Part shown: one piece after another, positions 49,697-61,570 of the stretch
Numbering within the stretch: position 1 is the stretch's first letter
Layout of the letters: the number at the start of each line of letters is the position of its first letter
Source: Rhina ancylostomus
Taxonomy: Eukaryota
Reading direction: 5' to 3'
Length of the DNA: 61,570 nt
Assembly: GCA_030265395.1 (NCBI GenBank)
Contig: JARFYF010000112.1
Location: forward strand, 18,108,140-18,169,709
Program-made: the position numbers and the translations under genes
Notes under the pieces: model-generated
Database searches by the model: none
Told to the model about the DNA's origin: nothing
Seen by the model: the letters and a program-made list of their open reading frames with translations, nothing else

Positions 49697-50789
49697 CTGC
49701 AGTGGATGAGATATTTTAAGCTTGTATTTCAGTAACACTAGAATTGTAGGACTTCCCAAACAATGGGACAGTGTTGAAAATACTAATGTATTACGGAAAG
49801 AAATCAGAATTTACAAGAGACAAGAAGATTGATGCCTTCTGGTAGGTAATTGAGTGTATGAATTAGATTTTGTATCAATGCCACCATATGATGTTAGCCA
49901 TTCATTCCTTTTGCATTTTGCCCACAGACTTTCAGTGAGACTTTGCACTGGGATTTGTTGTATGTTATAGGCATTAGAGTACAGTGCACTCTGTGGGGAA
50001 CTGGAGATCTGTGTGAACATGAGTCTCCTTTAATCAATCAGACAGACGAATCATTAATAAGCAGCTCAATAGTCTGAACCAGGAAATTTCAGAATGATGA
50101 ATTTTATGCAAGATCAGATGCAGAAGAAAGAAAGGATTAAGATAGAGAAATGTGATGGAATATGTAATAAAAACCTGCAACAATATTTAGTCTGAAAGAA
50201 TGAGATCATATGGCTATAAAAGTTAATTTTCATTAGCAGAGGGTTCGTTCGTCAGTAGTTAATACTTAATTATGCTGTTGAAAGTTTGCTTACACAGGAA
50301 TGGATAAGTCCTAGGAAGGTTGACATTTAATGATTTCTTTTTGGGAAGTTTAATGGGTATTATTTGTACAAATAAGGCACTTTCACACCTTTCCATTTTC
50401 TTCAAAGGCAGATTTCTCTGGGGAGTACAGGCATAATGAAGTTTCCAGAAAAAAAGGGATAGTGACTTCCAAATGTCTGTGTTTAATTCTGCAGTTGTCA
50501 GAAGGTGCTGTCTGATTTACTCTTGAGTTCACGATAAGTGTTGACCTCACGACAGCAGAGACTAGACATGACTCTCAAAAATTAGTCTGAATTAGCACAG
50601 GCAGGTGGGTATAGTGAGCACTTGATGCAGAGCGGGCTGAGGCCGCTGCCCCAGTTTACACAGAAATGATTGCACTATGGTTTCCACAATATTGATATAG
50701 TTTGTAGATTTGAAGTTTATTAGAAATTTAAACTAGGACCAGCTCCTTAAGTTGGTTGTAAATTAGGTTATTGTTTATCATTTAGTGAT

Positions 50790-51198
50790 AGTTGAGTGAG
50801 CTAGGGCTTTTCTCTTTGGAGAGAAGGAGGATGAGAGGTGACTTGATAGAGGTGTACAAGATGAGAAGAGGCATAGATCGAGTGGAGAGAGTCAGAGACT
50901 TTTTCCCCAGGGTGAAAATGGCTAACACAAGGGGGCATAATCTTAAGGTGATTGGAGGAAGGTATAAGGGGGATATCAGAGGTAAGTTTTATTTGCACAA
51001 AGAGTGGTGGGTGCGTGGAACGCACTGCCGGCAGAAGTCACGGGGGCAGATACATTAGGGATATTTAAGACACCCTTAGAAAGACACATGAATGATGGAA
51101 AGATGGAGGGCTATGTGGGAGGGAAGGGTTAGATAAATTAGAGCAGGATAAAATGTCGACCAAAGGGCCTGTACTGTGCTGTGATGTTCTATGTTCTG
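50790..51198 (+). mobile_element. Relatively intact 5'-truncated CR1/HER1-type LINE 3' end
   Basis: ELGLFSLERRRMRGDLIEVYKM..TRGHNLKVIGGRYKGDIRG; tail 'aagggcctgtactgtgctgtgatgttctatgttct'. Confidence 0.88.
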
Positions 51199-51625
51199 TA
51201 ATTATGGAAATACTCAGCAGATCAGGCAGGATCCATGGGGACAGAAGCAGAGTTAAAAATTTGGGGTTAATGATATTTCATTTGCAATTCAGCATCACCA
51301 GCATACCTTGGAGTCATTGAGAAGCTCAGGATAAAGTTCATTACTCTGGCGAGTGAAAAAGTGGAATTTGTGACCATGTGCTACAGCTAGGTAGCACAGT
51401 GGCATTTCAGGGGGAAGAGTACAAGGGAGAAGATAAAAGGATTCATGGATGAGATTAAATTAAATAAGAGGTGATCCACGTGGAGTGTGCATACTGCGCT
51501 GATTATATGGGCTAAATGCCCTGATTCAGGGGTGATTGCAGTAAATTTGATGTAATTTTAAGGAGTGCCTTAAAGGAGGAGTGAAAAACAGAGAGGAATG
51601 GGAAAAATGTTCAAGATTTGAGGTT

Positions 51626-51955
51626 CATAGAATTGTCCAGCACACAGACAGGCCCTTTGCCCACTGAGCCCATGCTGACCATCAACCAGCCTTTGACCCG
51701 TCCCGTTCTATTCCCCCCACACTCCAAATCCTTTCTACCACTTGCTCACACATTCGGAACAATTTACAGTGGCTAGTTAACCCACAACCCACACATCTTT
51801 AGGATGTGGGAGGAAACCAGAGCAGCTGGAGGAAACCCACCTGGTCACGGGCAGAATGTGCAAACTCCACACAGACCACACCAGAGGTCAGGATTGAACC
51901 CGGGTGGCTGGAGCTCGTGGCAGCAGCTCTACAAGCTGTGCCACTGTGCCGTCCC
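51626..51955 (-). mobile_element. tRNA-derived SINE (HE1/V-SINE-like) with a CR1-type tail
   Basis: On the - strand: head 'ggcacagtggcacagc...cgggttcaatcc', core 'gtttgcacattctgcccgtgacc', tail 'gggcaaagggcctgtctgtgtgctg'. Confidence 0.75.
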
Positions 51956-52109
51956 ACTGTGGGAACACATACTACGACAGAAAATGCTGTGAATTAGGAA
52001 AATCAGGACCCTGCCTCACTCTCAGGACAACTAGGGATAAGCAATAATTGCAACATTGCCAAAACTGTGTCCAAATATGAAGACTCAGATGCTCCACTTT
52101 GGAACTTTG

Positions 52110-52835
52110 GTCATAGAGTCATAGAGCAGAGAAATAGGCCCACCCATCCATGCTGACCAGCAAGTGCCCACCCAAACCAATCCCATTTACCAGCACTTGG
52201 TCCATAGCCTTCTATGCCTGGGCAACTCAAGTGCTTGTTTAGATACTTGTTACATGTTGTAAGAGTCTCTGCCTCCACTACATGCTCAGGCAGTGCTTTC
52301 CAAATTCCAACCACCCTNNNNNNNNNNNNNNNNNNNNNNNNNNNNNNNNNNNNNNNNNNNNNNNNNNNNNNNNNNNNNNNNNNNNNNNNNNNNNNNNNNN
52401 NNNNNNNNNNNNNNNNNTATATCATGTGAGGAGAGATTTCTTTAGTTTAGAAAATGCAAGATGATCTCAATGAAGGGTATAAAATTCATGCGAGGCTTGA
52501 CCTGGTAGCTGCAGTTGTGTTTTCTGTGGGTGGGATATCTAGAACCAGGAGTCACAGTCATGAAATCAAGGGTCAGCTATTCGGGGTAGAGATGAGAAGA
52601 AATTTCTTCACCCTGAGGGTAATAAATCTCTGTAATTCTCTATCCAAAAGGACAACTGAGGATAATTCAGTGCAGAGATTGACAGATTTTCAGATAATAA
52701 GGGAATCGAGGAATATGTAGCTCATGTGGGAAAGTGGCTCTGAAGTCAAAGGTCACCTGTGATTTTATTGAATTTCACAGTAGTCATGGGGGTGAGAATA
52801 ACCTACTGCTTCTATTTGTCATGTTCTTATGTCCT
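52110..52835. mobile_element. Two CR1 3' fragments in opposite orientation either side of a gap (52110-52317 on -, ~52420-52835 on +)
   Basis: RVVGIWKALPEHVVEAETL on -; SRTRSHSHEIKG...RRNFFTLRVINLCNSL on +. Confidence 0.7.
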
Positions 52836-53728
52836 TCCAGAACTGATGCTACATTTTAACAAGGCAAAATATTGTGGATCCAGCAAATCTTAAAAATCAA
52901 CATAGAATGCTTTAAGTACCCAGCACGTCAGGCAGTGTTTATGGAGGAGAAAACCAAGTTAATTTTTTAGATCTACGATCTTCCATCAGAACTGGAAAAC
53001 CTTATGACTTTAAGCAGTTGGAGATGGAGAAAGTGTGGAAGCTGGAACAACGGTGGAGGTTTGAGGCAACATTGAAGGCCAGAGCGATTTAATGAACTCA
53101 CAATCTGATATCTGAAAAAAAATGGGAGCAGTGGTTATGATGTGAATTTGTCTGCCATGATGTTGGATAGGAAGGTTAAGGAGTTCTTGGAAATAGTTAG
53201 GGATTTAATGAGGCCATGAAAGATGCAACAGGGTGCAAGTTTGTTTCTATTTTTTTGGGGGGCAGGTGATGAGATTTTTAACCCTTTGAGGGTTAAAAAT
53301 TCAGGGCTAGAGCTGTGGAAAGCTTTAAAAGTGTTGAAACAGATGGTGTACAGAAGTAAAGGTGTGGACAAGATGTGTAAAGAATGAATAACAAGTCTTT
53401 GGTAAGAACTTGTCAGCAAGTGGTTGTAGATGTCCTTGTAGCTGAGGATAACAAGCAGTACGAATTAAGGAGTGACATTGTAGACCACCATGGAATGTGA
53501 ACACCCCCATTTCCCACATACTCAAACTGTAGAAATCTGTTAGCTAATCAATGTACAGACAGACTCCCTTGGTCTCTGACCAGCTGTAGCCCACAGTGAG
53601 TCAGGGTAACAACGGAGTTCTCTATCTCTGAAGAGAAATAAAGGAGTTTGGTCCTGAAAATTACTATAAACTAAAATCATCACTCAGAGACATTAAGAAT
53701 TTGGCAATAACAGAGGTTGGTACTGTAC

Positions 53729-53837
53729 CTGTTCTTTATACTGCTCCCCATGTCTTCGCTCATCCTCCACCTGCATCATGACCTCCTTCAGTTTCTTCTC
53801 TGTACGACGAGCTGCCTTGGTGTATGCTTGTTTCTCC
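53729..53837 (-). CDS. MYH11: MYH11 rod exon
   Basis: (K)[36 protein letters not shown]; 109 nt, TTCAG acceptor, CAG|GTACAG donor. Not in the ORF track. Confidence 0.95.
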
Positions 53838-55316
53838 CTGAAGAGCAAGATGTTTCATGTGAAACAGATCAAGAGACATTGCAGTAAGAGGTTTAGGCAA
53901 CATTAACTGCTATATCAGCTGCAGTTGAAAATTTTGTCTGGTTTACAACCTAACTGAATCTCTTTAATTCCATTAAGATTTCCTAACAAAGGGCAATTTG
54001 GTATTCAGAGTTTGATATTAATCGGATTGTCTTATTAAAAATAAACCCGTCCAGTCTTCTAATATGTATAAGCCATGGAAATACAGAATCTGGAGAAAAT
54101 CAATGCAGTGTACACACAGGGAGACCTAAGGTTTAATCCCACAATGTTTCAAATACATAAACTACAAAAGTAAAGCTTACATGGTTTATAGGCAACAATG
54201 CTGTTGCCAACATGTAATTATTGCCTCAAGCTTTCTGCCAATTATTACTTATAGTGTGCTTATCTGAGTACAATATTCAATTTGAATCCTTTGCTTTTGA
54301 AGGTGGTAGGTGAATTGTTAGTATATTACAGATAAGCAGAAATATAAAGGGGTCAACAATATACATCTGAATACATATATTTTCTACATGATAACTTTTT
54401 TAAAGTTGGGATAAAGCTGTACACCCACATATTAGTGAGCTCTGATGCACAGCTGTTTATAGGGATGATTCCTCACTACGTAATCCTCACTGTTTTTCTT
54501 GCCAGTCCAAGAGGAAATTAGGACATTCTGAAAACTGTTCTCAAGTTATCAGATGACTATTTAGTTTCTGTGATAATTACTTGGCTGGAAAATGCTAACA
54601 GTTCCCTGCTGAATCGCTGTATTTATCAGTGTAAATGCCATCAAGTTTGGCGGGAACAACCACATCCTGACCAGCTGGCTGCTCTTTGCTGGTGACTCTC
54701 TGATAGCGGAGTCCAGCAGAGTTATACATAGAGCATAGAACAGTACAGCACAATGCAGGCCCTTTGGCCCATAATGTTGTGCCGACATTTAAACCTCACC
54801 TAAGACTATCTGACCTCTTCCTCCCACATATCTCTCTATTTTTTTATGTGACCTTGCTGCAGTCTGCCCACTGATCCTGTACCAGGTGACAAGGGCTTGA
54901 ATTAATTGAGTTTGCATAGAAGTTTTTAGCGTGTTTTAATTATTTTTCTGATTGTCGAAAAGTTCAATGGTTTCTAAATTGCAGGGACATTTCAAAAGTT
55001 TGAGAACTGGTTATAGCAGGGATGGGGCTTGGGTGACTTTCTAAGTTTTTTTCTACCATTTTGTGAGTGGGGTTTGTTCAGGCAATAATGTTATGGCATT
55101 ACTTTGTACCGGTCCCTGCTGTCACATGGGGCCTCACCATTTTGAATTGCTTGGCTCCAGGCAGCAAGTTAACAGTGGCAGCCCCAGAAAACATCAATCA
55201 ATAGTGAGCATGGCTGGCTTGTTGTTACCGGCAAGTTATGCATTGGGCTACAGAAGTAAACTAATGCAGTGGGTTACCCGCAAATAAAAATGATTTATCA
55301 GGACAAGTCCTCTTAC

Positions 55317-55525
55317 TTTGCTTCTGCTTCCAGCTGCTCTTCCAGCTGGGCAATCTTTGCCTCCAGAGAGGTAATTGTTGATTTGAACTTGGACTTGACA
55401 GTGCCTTCCATTTCTTGGAGCTTGGCCTTCAGCTCTTTGTTCTGCCTCTCAAGCTGCTGTCGAGCACCATCATTCTTCTGGTTTGCACTGCGCTCAGCAG
55501 CCAGTTCATTAGATAGCTGTTCTGA
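55317..55525 (-). CDS. MYH11: MYH11 rod exon
   Basis: [69 protein letters not shown](K); 209 nt. Confidence 0.96.
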
Positions 55526-57392
55526 CTGATAGTTTAAAAGAATTTTTGTAAGGTTTTGCAAACATAACAGCAGAAAAATTACAGCAATGGGAAACAATGG
55601 TTCTATCAAAAAGCATTTGTTATCCTGTATGGAACTCTTTTTAACAGTTGATTGCATCAGAAATTTTATGGTTTGCATGACTGTTGTACAGCACAACTTT
55701 AATTAACATACAAAATGTTAATTAGGCAACTTGGAGCATTTCCTCACAAATGGTATTTTAAACTGGAGTTTAACAGACAGCAGATTCAGATTTAACAAAC
55801 AAAGTTCAAGCATTTGCTCTGAGAATCCCACTGAGGAAGAATTAACTCAAAAGTAACATATTGTAGGTTCTCTGGNNNNNNNNNNNNNNNNNNNNNNNNN
55901 NNNNNNNNNNNNNNNNNNNNNNNNNNNNNNNNNNNNNNNNNNNNNNNNNNNNNNNNNNNNNNNNNNNNNNNNNNNTCTGGTTGAGTTCTACCAATATGTT
56001 TGATGTTTATGTGTATTAAGTATGTGGACTACTTTCTCTTCCCTCTGAGGGTCTGCCCACCCATGTACACTGCCTTTAATCAAGGAGACCTTTGCTGCTT
56101 TGCAAATCATTAGAGTACCATTTGCGGGAGAGAACAAAGAGGAAGGAGTTATTCTGTTTGAAGTGATAGTTGACAAGTGAAGCAGTACCTGGGCAAGCAA
56201 ACAAATGCCTAGAAAGTAGATTTGTGGATTTCCCTCTTATTTGGTGTGCCGAATAGATGCTGCATTTAGCATTAACTCTCAACTGGAGGGCACCCTTGTT
56301 CCAAAAATCATAAAGTTAAAAAAATGTACCATTAGGAAATTGTCAGGTTGTTTTCACCCCAAACTGCTGCATGACAATAAGACCCATCTGAAGGTTCACA
56401 GCCACTGCATCTTTGCTGCCTGGAGGTGTGGGAAGCGAGTCAAAACTTCAAAGATCTTGCTTCACGGCAGCTACATTACAGCAGTATTAAAGGCTGCAGT
56501 CATGGCAACGGGAAATACAAGGTGGGAGGGAAAAGTATCTTTAATGTATGTAGTCGTACCTGCTCCCGCACCTTCGCCTAATTGTCCTCACTGATTGAGT
56601 GCAATGCTGCAAGTGGCCCCACTGTGAGCCATTGGCTCATTATTTAGGCAGGGATTGCAGGATATCAATGCTGTGCAGGATTTTGAAGATCAGCAGTAAG
56701 CACCTGTGAGACCCAGGAATTATGCAAAAAACATGCATAACTTTACAAACCCAGACAGGGACATTCAGATGGCCTTCAATTGTCCTTGAATTAATATCTC
56801 CCGGCTGACACATCAATGTTTTGTTTGTGTTTTATCCTGAGGTAAAACAAAGGTAGTAGGTTGCACATTATTGCTCCAATCTCTGCTGTTGATGATGTTT
56901 ATGTCCAAAGGTGACTAGTATCTGGAAGTGCCCAGTCCAATTTTCTGCCTCTGGTCAGCAGTTTCACTGGAAATAGGCTCAATAGTATTACAACATAGAA
57001 AGCACCTTTTACTACATGCACGCTATGTACTTCAATTTCTAGACAATAGCTCTGAAGATCTGTGCTGAGGCAATGTATGTTCTGATGGCCTATATAAAAA
57101 AAGCCACGGCTGTTTTTATCATCCCCAAGATTAGAACACACAGACGTTTAACCTATTGAGAGGTTTATGATAATCATCTCATAGAGTTACATAGACTTAG
57201 TGTGGGATATTCCCAATATTTTATTTGTGAGTTCTAAGTGACAAGTTGGTATGTTTATATATAGAATTAGATATAGGTAACTGATTTTGAAAACTTTCTT
57301 GTTCTCTGGGCAATGATCTGCTTTATGGAATCGCAACTATTAGAAGGTAGACTCAGTGAGGCGATGTGATCCGAGTATCTCCAGTATCTTAC

Positions 57393-57437
57393 CTGCTGAA
57401 TCACTTTCCTGAGGCGATCATTCAGTGATTCCATGTT
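57393..57437 (-). CDS. MYH11: MYH11 rod exon, partial (5' part lies in the gap at 57438-57543)
   Basis: NMESLNDRLRKVIQQ followed by donor CAG|GTAAGA. Fills the sequence expected between the flanking exons. Confidence 0.88.
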
Positions 57438-57811
57438 NNNNNNNNNNNNNNNNNNNNNNNNNNNNNNNNNNNNNNNNNNNNNNNNNNNNNNNNNNNNNNN
57501 NNNNNNNNNNNNNNNNNNNNNNNNNNNNNNNNNNNNNNNNNNNAACTTGAACCACAAACTCAGAGGTTTTCAGAAAGCAGTATTTGTGCTCATTTTATTA
57601 CAGCTAACTTTTATATTTATTTTACCCTTTATCATAGTTAATAATAATTCTGAATTCCAGACAATTGAGAACATTTACTTATTTAGTAAAATTGGAATAT
57701 GTTTATGATGCATATGGTTGAAGAGCTACCATTCACTTTACTCAACAAAATGTGAAGTTTTCAGATGGAGTTGGAAACAAGTCCACAACATGACTCCTGT
57801 TTACTGTATAC

Positions 57812-58052
57812 TTAAATTTTATTTACAGCATGGTAACAGGCTCTTCAGGCCCAACGAGTCTGTGACGCCCATTTTAAACCCCAAATTAACCTACTTGTAC
57901 GTCTTTAGATTGTGGGAGGAAACCGGAGCACCCAGAGGAAACCCGCACAGACACGGGAGAACGTACAGACTCCTTACAGACAGTGACGGGAATCAAAACC
58001 CGATCGCTGGCACTGTAATAGTGTTGCGCTAACTGCTACACTACCGTGCCGC
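57812..58052 (-). mobile_element. Well-preserved tRNA-derived V-SINE-like element with a CR1-type tail
   Basis: On the - strand: 'gcggcacggtagtgtagcagttagcgc...gttctcccgtgtctgtgcgggtttcctctgggtgctccggtttcctcccaca...gggcctgaagagcctgttaccatgctgtaaataaaa'. Same family as 12240-12470. Confidence 0.82.
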
Positions 58053-58163
58053 GACACATACCGTGACAGTTTTCAAATCAATGAAGCAAATATTTTAAAA
58101 GGTAGGACAGCAGAAAATTGCACTTTAGCAGGACTATACAGAAATGAGGTTCTTAATACATAC

Positions 58164-58252
58164 TTTCCAGAGACATTGCCTGCTAACTCCTCAGCTAGCT
58201 CCTCTTTTTCCTGCTCAGCGTGACGGCGAGCACGTTCTACAGCTGCCAAATC
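58164..58252 (-). CDS. MYH11: MYH11 rod exon
   Basis: DLAAVERARRHAEQEKEELAEELAGNVSG(x); 89 nt, AAG acceptor, AA|GTATGT donor. Confidence 0.94.
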
Positions 58253-59095
58253 CTTCATGAGGAAGGGGGAAATAATTAATTCAAACAAAGGGAATATTAC
58301 ACATTGGAAACATTATTGTGGTAATCATGTTTTACTCTCGCTTGAACATTTAGTCCTTAACCACTTTATAAGGTTTAACTACTGGGCTATAAATACATAC
58401 ATGGTACGTATTGGATAAATACTTGAAGGCCATAAAAATTGCAGGGCTTGGGAATTAGCAGGAGATGGGGGCAAATTGTACAGCACCAGAGCTGGCACAA
58501 ATAGAATGGAACTGTTGAGAGAGACACTATGGGATGGAGATTCATGCTCAGTAACTTTTAGTAAAGGCACGATGGAATAAAATTTTGCAAGTAGGGAGAG
58601 ATGAAGAGAAGATCTATTGTAAACATGGTTGAACTTGGGGAAAGGAGGTCAGAGGACTACACAACTTACACATCCAATAGGGATCTGTGTTGAGCACACC
58701 CTGCACCATTCGTTGGCATCCAAAGCACATGGTGGTAGTGTCAATGAGTCTGAACAGTGTCATTTTATAATTTTTAAACAGAGTCTGAATTGGAAAATGT
58801 GATTTCAGCTCTGGATTAATGAGATTAAATGCATGTGTTTCTTACATTTGCGGTTTGAAATTTGCAGTGATTGAAATACAGGTGGCTAAGAATTGTTGTC
58901 CTGCTGCATTGTACAATACATCTTTTCCTTCCTGGTTACCTACCTATGCTCAAACAGTCGTCCTAGATTTGATTTTGAAAATATGGTCGTCCTGCCTTAT
59001 TCTGGGGTCATACATTGCCCAATGAAGAAAAGAGTCTTTAGACTAAAGAGGAAAAAGGGCAGATGCTTTGGTGACATCCATTTCTTGATGCTCAC

Positions 59096-59224
59096 CTCCT
59101 GGAGTTGGAGGAGTTCTGCCTCCAGACTCTTGTTTTTCTTCTCATTCTCTTTAGCCTGAGCCAGGACCTCCTCTCTGGAGTTGCGGGCATCCTCAAGTTC
59201 ACGCTGGTAATCCTTCATTTGAGC
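59096..59224 (-). CDS. MYH11: MYH11 rod exon
   Basis: [43 protein letters not shown]; 129 nt, GAG|GTGAGC donor. Confidence 0.96.
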
Positions 59225-59498
59225 CTGTTGAATGAAGCCAAAGGTGTTCAACTGAACTCTTGAAACCAACCCGTGCTTTTAACAAGATGAATGTAGCTAA
59301 TTATTTTAGAAATTACATAATGTATTGCAATGATGAAGTTTCTGAACTGTATTTTTTATATATAAATTAAACCATATGATAAATAAGACTTCACATCAGT
59401 ATAAGTTGTTAGCTGTAAGTGAATTGGCTTATTCTTTGGCATAGTTAAAACCAATTGGTCTTGAAACAGCTCTTGTTAATCAAGTTGCAATCATCTAC

Positions 59499-59660
59499 CT
59501 GAAGTTTTTTTAGTTGCTTTATGGCCTCCTCACGGCCCTTGATGGCAACTTCCACCTGGCCTTCAAGGTCACTTAAATCAATCTCCAGCTTCTTCTTGGC
59601 AGCTGCCACCACCGTGCGCTGTTTACGTTCATCTTCCAGTTCAGATTCAAGCTCGTGCAC
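59499..59660 (-). CDS. MYH11: MYH11 rod exon
   Basis: [54 protein letters not shown]; 162 nt. Confidence 0.96.
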
Positions 59661-60270
59661 CTAAGTGTGTACAAAGTTTGAGGTACTGACTTAAATCTTT
59701 GTTCCCGGTTATGAAATTTATTTTGATAATGCTGTTGTCATTTTATTTAGCACCTACATTTAAGAATTCCCCTCGTAAAGTCATTGGGTTGCTGTGAATT
59801 AAGTGGTGTAACATATCACTGAACTGCTTTGGTGTTTTTAATTTGTTATTCTATTATTATTTAGTAATTTTAAGGTTACACTCCAGCAGTTCATTTTCTT
59901 TCCATCCTTCTGAACAATGCCGTCTTTGGTTTTATTGTACTATTTCACTGAGTACATGTGGAAATATTGACATGTTATTTATATCACATTCATTGCAAAA
60001 AAAATTTTAAAAACATGGTATGCCATAAATTCTAAATATAATTGCTACAAATGCAGCTGATTGATGCTATGTAACTTATGTTGTAAGTACATAAGTCAAT
60101 ATTGTGAATAAACTCATGTAGAAGGCAACTTGTTTTGCATCATAGATTGCAAGATTTCATGGCCACAGTGGAGTAGAAGACTCTGGCAAAGCTGTGAGAT
60201 GTCAGGTGTGTAAATCTTTTCTGTACTCTTTCCAGTTCATTAACGTCTTTCCTTCAGCAGGNNNNNNNNN

Positions 60271-60446
60271 NCTCCATCACCTCATGTTTATCAGGATTAA
60301 ACTCTACCTGCAATTTCTCAGCCTATTTCACCATCTCTTCGATATCACCTTGTAGCCTAAGACTACCCTCCACGCAGTTAACAGCTCTACCAATCTTTGT
60401 GTCATATACAAACTTACTGATCACACCTCCTACATCCACATCCATC
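60271..60446 (-). mobile_element. CR1-type RT fragment next to a 10-N gap
   Basis: The - strand reads DVGGVISKFVYDTKIGRAVNCVEGSLRLQGDI...FNPDKHEVM (decayed KFADDTK motif). Confidence 0.7.
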
Positions 60447-60809
60447 ACACCCTTTCTCTGTTTCTCTTGTTTGTTTTCTCTTTATCTTTTGTTTTAATTT
60501 ATTTTCTTGATCTTACAACTAGGTCAAAACACCAGTCAACATTTGCCATCCAGATTTGAGTAGTGATGCTAATTGTGTAATAATTCTGTATAATTGTGTT
60601 ACATGTCTTTCAGATAATTACAGTAACTGTAAAAACTGACAGTGTTTTCCTCTCCATAACAGAGAGAGAAACTAATGTTCTATTGAAGACAATGCTTCAA
60701 CAAATTGAAACACTACCACCTTGAATCCAAAGTTGATTATTTTTCAGGAAAGAAACATAAATGTTGAATTTGTTGAGTAAGTGAATTCAATTTTGGTTAA
60801 TTATTTTAC

Positions 60810-61022
60810 CTGCTTAACAAGCTGCCTCCTCTTTTCCTCATTTTGCTCATCACGGGCCTGTAAGTCACGCTCAAACTGTGCTTTCAGGGCTTGCAAGTTG
60901 ACTTCTAATCTTAGCTTGGCGTCCTCTGTAGCCTGGAGCTCATCTTCAAGTTCTTCTAACTGGGTCTTCATCTCCTCCACTTGTTGCTCCAGGGTACGTT
61001 TTGATTTTTCCAGATCATGGAC
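60810..61022 (-). CDS. MYH11: MYH11 rod exon (most 5' exon in the window; the gene continues beyond the right edge)
   Basis: [71 protein letters not shown]; 213 nt. Confidence 0.96.
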
Positions 61023-61274
61023 CTTAATTGTAGAGGGATAAAGTGAGGTGGTGAATTATTTGAGCCAATAAATTCCAGGGGGAAGAAATGTTTCCTTCCC
61101 TAAATGCAAATATTACATTTTAAAAATGAGACACTGTGGTTTCAGTTTATGAGATGCTAAAAATTACCATCCCAAACATACTGAAGAAGAAACATTTTCT
61201 TTGTAATAATAGTCTGGTAAGATTTGTGAAAAATGCACAAGTGCCTATTGAGATTACTTTAAAGGTCCAAGTAT

Positions 61275-61570
61275 TGTTCTTGCCTCACCTCTGCACCTCC
61301 CGTTGTTCTATAGCCCTGCAGTTCTATAGCCCTGCAGTTCTGGTCTCATAGTCATCCCTGAATTGAAAGAACCGATACTAACAGCTGAGCCTTCAGCTGA
61401 TCAGGCCCATGCTCTGGAATTCCCTCCTTAAATCTCTCCACTTCTTTCCCTCTTTAAGATACTACTTAAAAACTTTGTCAAGGAAGAAGCATTAAATCAT
61501 CTGCTCTATTATCTCCTTTTGTAGCTCTGTATGAAATTTTATTTACTGATGCTCCTGTGAAATACCCTGG
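61275..61570 (+). mobile_element. L2-type 3' tail remnant, containing a 16-bp tandem duplication (GTTCTATAGCCCTGCA x2 at 61305-61336)
   Basis: 'gccttcagctg...ctctggaattccctccttaaatctctcc...ctttaagatactacttaaaa' resembles L2 3' ends. Confidence 0.5.

Noticed and set aside
55269-61041. + strand Ser/Leu-rich ORFs (55269-55529, 58893-59159, 60781-61041)
   Set aside because: Antisense shadows of Glu/Lys/Gln-rich MYH11 coiled-coil exons. The same applies to - strand ORFs 19995-20201 and 22396-22803 over NDE1 exons.

Overview
Vertebrate genomic DNA from a gapped draft assembly. The repeat content (CR1/HER1-type LINEs, Rex1/Babar-type LINEs, tRNA-derived V-SINEs, a Deu-domain SINE, a Penelope remnant) points to a cartilaginous fish; this is inference. 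The window holds two convergent genes. NDE1 is nearly complete on the + strand: CpG-island promoter at ~8.7-9.5 kb, eight coding exons at 14232-32595 and a long 3'UTR to ~35.3 kb. The 3' end of smooth-muscle myosin heavy chain MYH11 is on the - strand: eight rod exons, a 33-nt SM2-type alternative exon and the SM1 terminal exon. The rest is intronic or intergenic and repeat-rich. I found no evidence for a wholly new biological system. The best leads are regulatory: the SM2 cassette exon missed by the ORF track, a candidate in-frame 27-nt micro-exon in the same intron, a cluster of miR-124/miR-9 seed sites in the NDE1 3'UTR, an NF-Y/CHR-type promoter, an orphan candidate terminal exon ending in a CaaX-like motif, and a SINE head joined to two different LINE tails. 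Exon boundaries were read by hand; repeat boundaries are approximate; comparisons with mammalian proteins are from memory, not from a search.
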